Shown one piece after another: positions 36,056 to 45,092 of a DNA stretch of 64,000 nucleotides; position 1 is the stretch's first letter, and each line of letters starts with the position of its first letter. A program made the translations under genes and the position numbers. The DNA is taken from positions 31,890 through 95,889 of the forward strand of contig WRMC01000010.1 of the NCBI GenBank assembly GCA_009777335.1. Direction: 5' to 3'. Origin of the DNA: Treponema sp. Lineage in GTDB: Bacteria; Spirochaetota; Spirochaetia; Treponematales; Breznakiellaceae. The notes under the pieces are model-generated. The model saw nothing but the letters and a program-made list of their open reading frames with translations, had not been told where the DNA came from and did no database searches.

Positions 36056-37426
36056 TCAGGTGTAACGCTGATTTATTTTTTCCGCCATCATCAAAAGATG
36101 GGCCCTGGTGTTCTGCTCCGGGTCGTCCAGGACCGCCTCAAGGAGCTCTTCCAGGATAATTCCCAGATGCTTACCCGGGGCTATCCCCAGGGCTATCAGG
36201 TCCCGGCCGGACACTGCCAGATCCTTTAAGGTAAAGGCCCTGCTCTGGGCAAGGATGGCCCCGACCCTTTCTTGCAGGGGAAGGAGGAAATCCCTCTCTG
36301 GCTCTATCCCCTTGGTGGCGTAGGCATCACAGCGGCGAAGGTCATAGAGATCCTCCAGGTTTTCTTCTCCCACCCGGATGATAAAACGCCGGACCGCCGC
36401 ATCGTTCCAGGTCCCGTCGTACTGGAACATGTGGACCTCCACAAGGCGGCATACCCTGTCTATGTGGGCATTGGAGTAACGGAACCTTTGCATGAGATTC
36501 CGGGTCATAAGGGCCGATTCCTGATCGTGGCCGTAGAAGGTGTAGGCCCCCTTATCACCCAGCCGGGCAACCCTGGGCTTGCCTATGTCATGGTAGAGGG
36601 CCGCCAGCCTCACCGCCTGATTCCTCCCCCCTCGGGCGGCATAATCGCAGGCCAGGAGGGAATGGTCCAGCACATCGAAGGCATGGTAGCCCCTTTGCTC
36701 TGCCCCCCGGCAGGCCGCCAGTTCGGGGATAAGGATCTGTAAAAGTCCCGTCTTTTCCATCAAAAGCAGGGCCGCCGAGGGCCTGGGGGAGCTCACTATC
36801 TTTTCCAGCTCGTCCCGTAAGCGTTCGGGGGCCACCTGGGAACAAAGGTTAAGGGCCTGGGGTATGGCGGCCAGGGTTTCGTCATCGAGGCCAAAACCCA
36901 GCTGGCTGGCAAAACGCAGGGCCCTTAAGGGCCTTAGGCCGTCTTCGGCAAAGCGCTCGGCGGCCCTTCCCACCGAACGGATAAGTCCTTTTTTTATGTC
37001 CCCCCGACCATCGAAGGGGTCTACCAGGGGACCGGCGGGGAGCTTATAGGCCGCCGCATTCATGGTGAAGTCCCGGCGGGAGAGATCCTCTTCTATGGAG
37101 ACCCCATATACCACCTGGTCGGGCCGGCGGCCGTCGCTGTAGCTCCCTTCACTGCGAAAACTGGTGACCTCAAAAACCATATCTTTAAAGTGGACGCTTA
37201 CGGTGCCGTGTTTTATCCCCGTAGGAACCACAAAGCTGGAACCCTCATTTTTTATGGAGGAGAAAAGTTCGATTACCTCTTCGGGGAGGGCGTCGGTGGC
37301 GAGATCCCAATCCTTGGCCTTTTGGCCCCTCAAGAGATCCCGTACTGCTCCCCCCACCAGGTAGACCTGTTTCCCCCCCCGGGTAAAAATGGCGGCCGCT
37401 TCTTTGACTTGCTTGGGGATCTTCAT
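36056..37426 (-). CDS. cca: CCA-adding tRNA nucleotidyltransferase / poly(A) polymerase family protein with HD domain
   Basis: The head domain reads VYLVGGAVRDLLRG...DWDLAT...RRDFTMNA. The HD region reads LYHDIGKP. Confidence 0.8.
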   Translation of the reverse strand: MKIPKQVKEAAAIFTRGGKQVYLVGGAVRDLLRGQKAKDWDLATDALPEEVIELFSSIKNEGSSFVVPTGIKHGTVSVHFKDMVFEVTSFRSEGSYSDGRRPDQVVYGVSIEEDLSRRDFTMNAAAYKLPAGPLVDPFDGRGDIKKGLIRSVGRAAERFAEDGLRPLRALRFASQLGFGLDDETLAAIPQALNLCSQVAPERLRDELEKIVSSPRPSAALLLMEKTGLLQILIPELAACRGAEQRGYHAFDVLDHSLLACDYAARGGRNQAVRLAALYHDIGKPRVARLGDKGAYTFYGHDQESALMTRNLMQRFRYSNAHIDRVCRLVEVHMFQYDGTWNDAAVRRFIIRVGEENLEDLYDLRRCDAYATKGIEPERDFLLPLQERVGAILAQSRAFTLKDLAVSGRDLIALGIAPGKHLGIILEELLEAVLDDPEQNTRAHLLMMAEKINQRYT

Positions 37427-37433
37427 GAAGCTG

Positions 37434-38303
37434 CTAGTGGATGCGTTCTACTTCGAAAAACTGGCCCGGGCGTTCCAGCTCCTCCTGGGCCTGGATTATC
37501 TGCAGTTCTACCAGGGGGGGTTTCTCTTCCATGGCTTGGTAATGGCTCAAGCTCTTTTCCAGAATGCTGTAGACAGAGGCAGTACAAAGCCTGAGGGTTT
37601 CCTGGATATCCCGGGTTTCCAGGTAGCGGCAGAGGAAGACCGCGGCGGTGATGTCCCCCGAACCAGCCATCCTGCCTATGGGCAGTTCGGGGGTCCGGAC
37701 CGAGTAGAGGTTCTCCCTGTCCGAGACGAGCATTCCCAGTTCAGAGCCCGTACTGCCGTAGCTGGTGACCAGGATTATTTTTGGCCCCCTCTTGTGGAGA
37801 TCTTCTATGGCCCTGTAGGCTCCATCCCTGTCGTAGGCATCTATTCCGGTAAGGGCCTCAAGTTCAAATTGGTTAGGGGTAATAATATCCGCCAGGGGAA
37901 TGAGGGTGTTTTTAAAGATCCCCGGGATGTCGGGCTTCACATAGAAACCGCGGCCCACGTCTCCCATGACGGGATCACAGCAGTAGAGGGCCTGGGGCGA
38001 AACAGCGCGGACCCTTTCTATGGCGCCGGTTATGGCCTTGCCTACCTCCGCGTCTCCCATGTAACCCGAGAGGATGGCCTCGCAGCGGGGCAGGACTCCC
38101 CGTTCATCGAGCCCAGAGACCAGGTCCTCCACCAGGGCTCCCCCCAGGACCTGTCCCCTCCAGGCTCCGTAGCCCGTATGGTTAGAAAATTCTACCGTGT
38201 TAATTGCCCACACTTCCCGGCCCAGACGCTGCATGGGAAAGACCGCTGCGGTGTTTCCAGCATAACCGTACACAACATGAGATTGAATAGATAATATGGC
38301 CAT
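37434..38303 (-). CDS. pdxY: pyridoxal kinase
   Basis: The N-terminus ILSIQSHVVYGYAGNTAAVFPMQRLGREVWAINTVEFSNHTGYG closely follows the PdxY pattern. Ribokinase-fold motifs are present. 289 aa. Confidence 0.85.
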   Translation of the reverse strand: MAILSIQSHVVYGYAGNTAAVFPMQRLGREVWAINTVEFSNHTGYGAWRGQVLGGALVEDLVSGLDERGVLPRCEAILSGYMGDAEVGKAITGAIERVRAVSPQALYCCDPVMGDVGRGFYVKPDIPGIFKNTLIPLADIITPNQFELEALTGIDAYDRDGAYRAIEDLHKRGPKIILVTSYGSTGSELGMLVSDRENLYSVRTPELPIGRMAGSGDITAAVFLCRYLETRDIQETLRLCTASVYSILEKSLSHYQAMEEKPPLVELQIIQAQEELERPGQFFEVERIH

Positions 38304-38338
38304 CTGGTCCTTCCCGTCAAAAAAAATTCTGCTTTCAT

Positions 38339-38415
38339 ATCCTAGCTGTCCCAGAGGCTCTAAGTCAAGGAGAGTCCTTTATTAAAGGCCAAGGATAAGC
38401 TAGGATGAGCTAGGA
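38339..38415 (+). promoter_or_regulatory. inverted/direct repeat element in the folD leader (candidate RBS-sequestering switch or operator)
   Basis: ATCCTAGCT (38339-38347) is the reverse complement of AGCTAGGAT (38398-38406). AGCTAGGA is repeated at 38408-38415, where it covers the likely SD 6 nt before the folD ATG. Confidence 0.35.
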
Positions 38416-38421
38416 ATTAAC

Positions 38422-39297
38422 ATGGCAGCAACTATTATCGATGGAAAAGCTATAGCTGAAGGTTTATACCAGACCCTAAGGGAGCGGGTAGGCCGCCTCC
38501 AGGGGGAGGGGATCTCTCCCTGTCTGGCGGTCCTCTTGGTGGGGGAAGATCCTGCGAGCCTCTCCTATGTAAGGGCCAAACAGCGGGCCCTGGCGGATCT
38601 AAACATGGAGGGCCGGGATATACGGCTCCCGGAAGAAACCACCGAAGAAGAGCTGCTCCGTCGTATCTCTTCTTTAAACGAGGACACATCAGTCCACGGC
38701 ATCCTCGTCCAATTCCCCCTGCCGCCCCATATCAGGACCGAAAGGATAGTCAATGCCCTGGAGCCCTCGAAGGATGTGGACTGCTTTCATCCCCTTAACC
38801 TGGGTAAGCTCCTCCGGGGCCAGGAGGGCTTTCTCCCCTGCACCCCCAGGGGTATCATCTTCCTCTTGTCGGAGCTAAAGATTCCCCTTAAAGGTAAGAA
38901 CATCGTCATCCTGGGCCGCTCAAATATTGTAGGAAAACCCCTGGCCCTGCTCCTGGCCCGGCGGGAGCAAAATGCCACGGTTACGATCTGCCATACAGGA
39001 ACGAAGGACCTGGGCTTCCACAGCCGCCAGGCGGATATCCTTATCGCTGCCGCTGGGAGCGCAGGCCTGGTGAGCGCTGATATGATTAAAGAAGGTGCGG
39101 TGGTCATCGACGTGGGGGTAAACCGGGTGGCGGATCTCAAGGCCAAGCGGGGCTACCGCCTGAAGGGGGATGTGGTCTTTGCCGAAGCCGCCGAGAAGGC
39201 CTCTGTTATAAGCCCCGTCCCCGGGGGAGTAGGTCCCATGACCATCGCCATGCTCATGCAGAATGTGGTTGATTCCGCCGAGGGGATCTTCACGTGA
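38422..39297 (+). CDS. folD: bifunctional methylenetetrahydrofolate dehydrogenase / methenyltetrahydrofolate cyclohydrolase
   Basis: Motifs are IIDGKAIA, LVGEDPASLSYVRAK, HGILVQFPLP, GRSNIVGKP and PVPGGVGPMT. Confidence 0.92.
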   Translation: MAATIIDGKAIAEGLYQTLRERVGRLQGEGISPCLAVLLVGEDPASLSYVRAKQRALADLNMEGRDIRLPEETTEEELLRRISSLNEDTSVHGILVQFPLPPHIRTERIVNALEPSKDVDCFHPLNLGKLLRGQEGFLPCTPRGIIFLLSELKIPLKGKNIVILGRSNIVGKPLALLLARREQNATVTICHTGTKDLGFHSRQADILIAAAGSAGLVSADMIKEGAVVIDVGVNRVADLKAKRGYRLKGDVVFAEAAEKASVISPVPGGVGPMTIAMLMQNVVDSAEGIFT

Positions 39298-40097
39298 ATG
39301 AGCCCATGCCGGATGTGCAGAACCGTCCCGATCACCGGGAGATCCCCCTGGCCAAGGTGGGGGTAAAGGGTCTTGAGTATCCGGTGCAGGTCCTGGATAA
39401 GGTAAAGAAGGTACAGCATACGGTGGCCCGGGTGGATCTCTTCGCCGATCTTCCCCATCAGTTTAAGGGCACCCACATGAGCCGCTTTGTGGAGATCTTT
39501 CACCGCCACCGGGAGGATCTTTCCATGCCCCGGTTTCTCCATATGCTCAAGGAGATCCGCCAGGACCTGGAAGCAGAGTCGGCCTTTGGTTCCATGGCTT
39601 TTCCCTATTTTATCGAAAAGATAGCTCCGGTTTCTAAGTTGCCGGGGATCATTTCCTGCCAATGCCTCTATAAGGGACGAGTAGGCCAAGCCGCTGCTCC
39701 TTCTTCGGAGGAGACCCATTTTACTGTGGCCGTTTCGGTGCCCGTAAGCACCGTATGCCCCTGTTCACGGGACATTTCGGACCGGGGGGCCCACAATCAA
39801 CGGGGCATAGTGACCGTGGAGCTGGAACTGGGCCCCTTTTTTTGGCTCGAAGATATCATCCACCTGGTAGAAGAGGCCGCATCAAGCCCCGTGTATTCCC
39901 TTATTAAACGGGAGGATGAGAAATATATCACCGAGCAGGCCTATGATAATCCGAAATTTGTCGAGGACCTGGTCAGGGATGTCTATTCCCGGATCAAAGA
40001 CCTGGCCCAGTTTCCCCATTTTTCGGTAGAAGCCGAAAACTTCGAAAGCATCCACAACCACAGCGCCTATGCCTATGCAGACTACCGCCTCAACTGA
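39294..40097 (+). CDS. folE2: GTP cyclohydrolase I type 2 (FolE2/MptA family)
   Basis: The GTG start overlaps the folD stop (GTGA). An alternative ATG lies at 39306. MPDVQNRPDHREIPLAKVGVKGLEYPV and the CPCS motif fit the FolE2 family. Confidence 0.8.
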   Translation: MNEPMPDVQNRPDHREIPLAKVGVKGLEYPVQVLDKVKKVQHTVARVDLFADLPHQFKGTHMSRFVEIFHRHREDLSMPRFLHMLKEIRQDLEAESAFGSMAFPYFIEKIAPVSKLPGIISCQCLYKGRVGQAAAPSSEETHFTVAVSVPVSTVCPCSRDISDRGAHNQRGIVTVELELGPFFWLEDIIHLVEEAASSPVYSLIKREDEKYITEQAYDNPKFVEDLVRDVYSRIKDLAQFPHFSVEAENFESIHNHSAYAYADYRLN

Positions 40098-40141
40098 TAG
40101 GAGCCCTAGCATATGGGATCCTCTTGGATTATACTGACCCT

Positions 40142-40516
40142 ATGAGTAACGATGACTTACGAAGGGTCTTTTCGGTAGAAACCCTGACCAGACAACGGAA
40201 TTCAGCCCTCATTGACCTGCTCTGCGGAGGGGGCTTTTTACTCATGGCCATGGGTGCCAGGTTTAGGTTCTTTGTGGTGTTTGTAGCCCTGGCAGCCCTC
40301 ATCATGGGCTTTCGGGCCCTTAGGTCCGGCAGGGAAGAAGAAAAAAAACCGGGGATCATCCTTATCGGGGCAGGGTTTCTGGGGATGGTAAACCTCTTTG
40401 GTATCATATACCTTCGGGCCTTTGCTGGTTTTATCCTGGGCCTGGGGGGTCTTCTCATGCTAGCCAGCGGAATTTGGAAGGGCCTTCGGTACCTTTTTAA
40501 TGCCTCTAAAAATTAG
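40142..40516 (+). CDS. small membrane protein, hypothetical
   Basis: Four hydrophobic helices. The ATG at 40142 is in frame with the listed TTG at 40124. I recognised no family. Confidence 0.55.
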   Translation: MSNDDLRRVFSVETLTRQRNSALIDLLCGGGFLLMAMGARFRFFVVFVALAALIMGFRALRSGREEEKKPGIILIGAGFLGMVNLFGIIYLRAFAGFILGLGGLLMLASGIWKGLRYLFNASKN

Positions 40517-41867
40517 TTCAGCAAAAAAAAAGTTTTTCTTCGAGACCTATGGCTGCCAGATGAACCTGGCCGAGTCTGCTGCCCTGGCCCTCTCTGCCCG
40601 GGAGCGGGGCTGGCAAGAGGCAGAATCTGCGGACCAGGCGGATCTGATCCTTATAAACACCTGCTCGGTCAGGGCCACTGCAGAGCAGCGGGTCCGGGGC
40701 CGCCTTGATCATCACAGTTCAATAAAAAAAAAGCGGCCCTTCTGCCTGGTTCTGGCGGGCTGCATGGCCCAAAGGCTGGGGACCACACTCCTCAGCGATT
40801 ATCCTGCCATCGATTACCTCCTGGGCACCACGGGGCGCTCCCAGTTTCCCCTCATCCTTGAGGCCCTGGAAAGGGGAGTCTCCTTTACCGCATCAGATGA
40901 GGAGCCGGTCTTTAGCTTCTCGCCGGTCCATGCAGATGAGGCAAGCCCTTACCGGAGTTTTGTCCCCATCATGCACGGATGCAGTAACTACTGTTCTTAT
41001 TGCATAGTCCCCTATGTCCGGGGCCCCGAGATATCCCGGGACCCCGCCGAGATCCTCCAGGAGATCCGCCTGGTGGGGGACCGGGGCATTAGGGAGATCA
41101 CCCTTCTGGGCCAAAACGTGAACTCCTACCTCTGGAAGGGTCCAGAGGGAACCCTGGATTTCCCCGGTCTTCTTCGTCGTATAGCTTCCCAGATAACAGA
41201 CTCAGGAGGGGTCCAATGGGTCCGCTTTCTTTCCAGTCACCCCAAGGATGTATCAGACGAGCTCATCCGGGTCCTCTCGGAACATTCCTGTTTTTGCCGG
41301 CATATCCATTTATGTGTACAGCACGGATCAAACCGCATCCTCGAAAAGATGAACCGCCGTTACAGCCGGGAGCACTACCTGGATCTGGTGAGGAAGATCC
41401 GTTCAGAACTGCCCCAGGTGAGTCTTTCTACGGACCTCCTGGTGGGTTTTCCGGGGGAAACAGAAGAAGATTTCCAGGAACTCCTGAGTCTTATGGAAGA
41501 GGTAAAGTTCCTCTATGCCTATATGTACCATTATAACCCCCGGGAGGGTACCGCTGCCTGGGCCTTACCGGACAGGATAGCCGATAAAATTAAGAAAGAT
41601 CGGCTCCAGCGGGTCATATCCCTGCAAAAAGTGCATACGACAAGCATCTTGCGAAGCAGGGTAGGGCAGGAAGTAAGGGTACTAATAGAAGGAATTTCCC
41701 GTAAAAATGCCGATGAATTAATAAGCCGTACCGAAAGGGACGAAATGGTGGTGGTTCGAGGGCCCTCCTCTGCCCTGGGAAGTTTTGCAACCCTCAATCT
41801 TTCTTCCTTGCGGGGGAATACCTTTAGGGCTGAACATTTTGAATTTGCCCCTAACAATGTGGAGTAA
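40500..41867 (+). CDS. miaB: tRNA-i6A37 methylthiotransferase (radical SAM)
   Basis: An N-terminal FFFETYGCQMN, the radical-SAM CSNYCSYC motif, and a C-terminal TRAM-like region. Confidence 0.88.
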   Translation: MPLKISSAKKKFFFETYGCQMNLAESAALALSARERGWQEAESADQADLILINTCSVRATAEQRVRGRLDHHSSIKKKRPFCLVLAGCMAQRLGTTLLSDYPAIDYLLGTTGRSQFPLILEALERGVSFTASDEEPVFSFSPVHADEASPYRSFVPIMHGCSNYCSYCIVPYVRGPEISRDPAEILQEIRLVGDRGIREITLLGQNVNSYLWKGPEGTLDFPGLLRRIASQITDSGGVQWVRFLSSHPKDVSDELIRVLSEHSCFCRHIHLCVQHGSNRILEKMNRRYSREHYLDLVRKIRSELPQVSLSTDLLVGFPGETEEDFQELLSLMEEVKFLYAYMYHYNPREGTAAWALPDRIADKIKKDRLQRVISLQKVHTTSILRSRVGQEVRVLIEGISRKNADELISRTERDEMVVVRGPSSALGSFATLNLSSLRGNTFRAEHFEFAPNNVE

Positions 41868-41870
41868 GCT

Positions 41871-42161
41871 ATGAAGCGTTTAGTGTTTTTTATCCTGGTC
41901 TTTGCATTTTTCCTCGCCTTTATTGTCTTTAACCTCGAAAATAAAAGTGATGTATCCCTGGGATTCAGGACCTTCCAGGATGTTCCTGTCTTTCTAAGCG
42001 TCCTTTTCTCCTTCGCCCTGGGGATGCTCTTTGCTATTCCCATCTTTTTCTCCCTCAGCCGCCGCCCCAAAAGGCCAGGCAGGGACAGCCAAGGGTATAT
42101 GAGGGATGCCACCTCTCCCCAGGAGATAAAAAAAGAAAGCAGCTCCTATGGGATTGATTAG
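41871..42161 (+). CDS. LapA-domain-like small membrane protein
   Basis: Two TM helices (LVFFILVFAFFLAFIVF and VFLSVLFSFALGMLFAIPIFF) and a basic tail. Confidence 0.55.
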   Translation: MKRLVFFILVFAFFLAFIVFNLENKSDVSLGFRTFQDVPVFLSVLFSFALGMLFAIPIFFSLSRRPKRPGRDSQGYMRDATSPQEIKKESSSYGID

Positions 42162-43146
42162 CGGGAAGATACCTAAAACATGGGTTCTCTTTTTCCTCAT
42201 GTATTGTATACTCCCCCTTCTCTATGCCCAGACCAATGTACATGCCAACCGGGCTTCTTTGGCCGCCGAGATCACCCGCCTGGAGCAATTAAGCCAGAGG
42301 CCGGCCCAGAGCACCCAGGGAAACCGGGAACGCTACCAGGCTTTTTTAGACCTGGCCCGGCTCTACCAGCTGGCAGGCAACTCAGAATCCGCCCTTAGAA
42401 CCTACAATGAGGCCGCCGCCGTTTTCCCCGGTGACGGCCGGATCCTCCTGGAGCAGAGCAGGCTCCTTATTTCCTTTGGGGAGTACGAAAGGGCCCGCTA
42501 CTCCCTGGGGGCCCTGCAGCACAGGAGCCAGGATCTGGGCCGGGATCTCTTCATGGAGGCCCAGGTTCTCTTGGCCCACCTGGAAGCTTTTAGTACCGGT
42601 TCATCCCAGTCCCTTACGGCCCTCTCTGCCAGCGCTGATTATATCCGGCACCGCAGCAGCATCTATTACGCCCTCTACCAAGTGACCGGCAATGCCGCCT
42701 GGAGATCCCGGCTGGGGGCAGAATTTTCCCAGAGCCCCGAGGGCCGCATAGCCGCCGCGGGAAATAATCCTTCCACGGTAAGCCTGGCCCCCACCCCCCT
42801 TTGGCTCCTCCACCCCGGCCGGCTGGCCCTTCCTCCTGCCCCCCCGGCACCCCAGGCTGGGGCGGACCTGTATGGGACCATCATGGCCCTGGGGCTCCCT
42901 GCCCAGGAGGCAGCCCCGCCGGTACCAAGCGGGATCATCTTGCAAACCGGACTCTTTGGCCGGGAAGATAACGCCCGGGGAATGATAGAGAATCTCCGGC
43001 GTCTGGGCTTTGATGCCCAGATGATACGGCGAGAGGTAAATGGGGGAGATTACTGGATGGTCGGGGTAGATGCCGGAGCAGACAGCAATGCCATGATAGG
43101 AAGACTAAGGGCTGCGGGGTTTGAATCCTTTCCGGTGAGGTTTTAA
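42148..43146 (+). CDS. SPOR-domain protein with TPR-like N-terminal region
   Basis: It has a signal peptide. The C-terminal ILQTGLFGREDNARGMIENLRRLGFDAQMIRREVNGGDYWMVGV...RLRAAGFESFPV matches the SPOR pattern. Confidence 0.75.
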   Translation: MGLISGKIPKTWVLFFLMYCILPLLYAQTNVHANRASLAAEITRLEQLSQRPAQSTQGNRERYQAFLDLARLYQLAGNSESALRTYNEAAAVFPGDGRILLEQSRLLISFGEYERARYSLGALQHRSQDLGRDLFMEAQVLLAHLEAFSTGSSQSLTALSASADYIRHRSSIYYALYQVTGNAAWRSRLGAEFSQSPEGRIAAAGNNPSTVSLAPTPLWLLHPGRLALPPAPPAPQAGADLYGTIMALGLPAQEAAPPVPSGIILQTGLFGREDNARGMIENLRRLGFDAQMIRREVNGGDYWMVGVDAGADSNAMIGRLRAAGFESFPVRF

Positions 43147-44513
43147 GACGGCAGAGCTTCGGTGATGAGTCTATTGTTCTGTTTGTCCAACCGGATTCTT
43201 ACCTTTTTTAAGGGCTCCATGACGGTCATACTGATCTTGCATATTTCGATATAGGCCCCTGCGACGATATCCCCCGACACTTCAACCATGGCCTCTTCGT
43301 AGGTATTCACCACCCCCAGAAGCTCGGTCACTTTTTTCTGGGCCTCTTCCTGTTCTGCTTCCAGCCGCTGGTACAGGGTGTTCATCTCGGTGGTTTTTTC
43401 GCTGTCCCCCTGGGCTTCTGCCAAAAGATCCCTTAGGCGGTTCAATTTTACGGCGGTGTTTCTTAGGATGCTATTATACTTTTCTTTTTCCTGTTCCAGG
43501 CTAAAGTCCAGGCCGCAATAGACCTTGCTGGCCTTTCCGTCCTTTTTCCCTATCCCCCCGGTTTTTACTCCCTTAAGGGCATAAATTTCACCCCCGATAA
43601 TTCGGCCCTTTTCCCCCATGGCCAGGTGTTCCAGGGTATATACATGGGAGTTAATGATTCCAAGATCAACCGCAATGTCTCCCCGGCAGGCTACCCGGCA
43701 ATTTTCGATAAATTTGGTTTTGAGGGTTCCCCCAACCTTTACCAGGGCCATGCCCCGGCCTATAATTCCTCCGGCCACATTAAGATCCGCCTTGGCAATC
43801 ACATCGGTGATATCAAAGGTTTGTTTAATGTTGATAGTTCCCCCGGAATAGATCTTAAAGCCGTCGGATACCGAACCGTCTATGGTCACATCTCCGGGGA
43901 AGATGATGTTCCCGGTAGAGTATCCCACCGAACCCTTAATGTGCATGGAATCTTTGACATTGACCACCTTGCGGGTAATATCTAACTGTCCGTTAATGTT
44001 GGATAAAAGAAGGCCCCCCTCCAGGCGGGTATTATCCCCCCCCGTCACATCATCGGGTTTCGAAGTTTTATAGCTGATCTGTAAGCCATGGACATTGGTG
44101 CCGTCATTGCCGGTCTGGGCAGGTTTTACCCGGGCCAGGATCTGATCTTTTTTTACCACTATGAAGGGGGATTTTGCCCGATAATCTATCGCATCATCGG
44201 TTTTTCGCTGTATCCGGTTGCTATTAAGCTGGGGGTTAAGCTGTAAGTATTCGGGCACCTCATTAACAGGGGCGGTGCCCCGGGCGATGCAGACATTCCG
44301 GACAATTTCGTTCTTCTCCACACAGAGCTTATAGGCCTGGTGTATTTCATCCTCATTGATGCCGTATACGATGTCGGACTGTTCAAGGAGGGCATTGATG
44401 TATTCGGTGCTGATAGATCGCCCGTCTCCCATGGCGGGGTAGAAATCACCCCATGCTTCCAGGTCATTGTTGAGGAAATGGAGTACTATTTTGCCGTCCC
44501 CTGTGTTTTCCAT
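43143..44513 (-). CDS. FapA/DUF342 family protein
   Basis: A beta-helix-type repeat region (VAGGIIGRGMALVKVGGTLKTKFIENCRVACRGDIAV) followed by a C-terminal coiled coil. Confidence 0.75.
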   Translation of the reverse strand: MENTGDGKIVLHFLNNDLEAWGDFYPAMGDGRSISTEYINALLEQSDIVYGINEDEIHQAYKLCVEKNEIVRNVCIARGTAPVNEVPEYLQLNPQLNSNRIQRKTDDAIDYRAKSPFIVVKKDQILARVKPAQTGNDGTNVHGLQISYKTSKPDDVTGGDNTRLEGGLLLSNINGQLDITRKVVNVKDSMHIKGSVGYSTGNIIFPGDVTIDGSVSDGFKIYSGGTINIKQTFDITDVIAKADLNVAGGIIGRGMALVKVGGTLKTKFIENCRVACRGDIAVDLGIINSHVYTLEHLAMGEKGRIIGGEIYALKGVKTGGIGKKDGKASKVYCGLDFSLEQEKEKYNSILRNTAVKLNRLRDLLAEAQGDSEKTTEMNTLYQRLEAEQEEAQKKVTELLGVVNTYEEAMVEVSGDIVAGAYIEICKISMTVMEPLKKVRIRLDKQNNRLITEALPS

Positions 44514-44603
44514 ACTTCTATACTATATTATCGTGCTTTTTTTCCAGAATTCACCCCTGTTGCATATGCTTATTTTGGGATACTATACAGGGGGTGGTTT
44601 TGG

Positions 44604-45074
44604 ATGAAGGAACGTCAGATCCGGCAAAAAATGGTTCAAAAGCTGGTAAAAACCCATAAAATTAAGTCCCAGGAGGAGCTATTGGGCTACCTCCAAAGGG
44701 AAGGCTTCCTCGTAACCCAGGCAACCCTCTCCCGGGACCTAAAAACCCTAAAGGTGGGCAAGGTCTCCGATGGCCAGGGGGCTTACATCTACTTCCTGCC
44801 CGGCGAAGAGGCCAGGGAAATCGAAGGAGCCTACATCCAGGACTTCCTGAAGGGCTATATTTCCATTGAATGGTCGGGGAATACGGTGATAGTAAAGACC
44901 TATTCGGGCCATTCTGACCCCGTATCTCTGGCCCTGGACAATCTCAATTTTGAAGAGGTCCTGGGAACCATAGCCGGCAGGGACAACACCGTGGCGGTTT
45001 TTCTGCGCCAGGGGGTCAGCGGAGAAGACTTCATGAAACGTTTAAAACAGAGCATTCCAGAACTGGATACATAA
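44604..45074 (+). CDS. argR: arginine repressor
   Basis: The internal ATG at 44604 follows GGGGGTGG. It has a winged-helix SQEELLGYLQREGFLVTQATLSRDLKTL and a C-terminal GTIAGRDNTVAVFL. The listed longer ORF overlaps fapA and is not credible. Confidence 0.88.
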   Translation: MKERQIRQKMVQKLVKTHKIKSQEELLGYLQREGFLVTQATLSRDLKTLKVGKVSDGQGAYIYFLPGEEAREIEGAYIQDFLKGYISIEWSGNTVIVKTYSGHSDPVSLALDNLNFEEVLGTIAGRDNTVAVFLRQGVSGEDFMKRLKQSIPELDT

Positions 45075-45092
45075 TTTTTTTTTGGAGGTCCC

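Noticed and set aside
37389-38294. A 301-aa plus-strand ORF covering almost the whole pdxY locus.
   Set aside because: The minus-strand frame has an unmistakable pyridoxal kinase sequence (ILSIQSHVVYGYAGNTAAVFPMQRLG). The plus-strand product is low-complexity (G/P/R/V-rich) with no motif. It is a typical antisense shadow ORF in GC-rich DNA.
44520-44587. The 8-mer ATACTATA repeated exactly 60 nt apart (44520-44527 and 44580-44587) in the fapA-argR intergenic region, considered as ARG boxes for ArgR autoregulation.
   Set aside because: There is no 18-bp imperfect palindrome of the ARG-box type around either copy. The motif contains TATACT, so it is more simply read as -10-like AT-rich promoter sequence.
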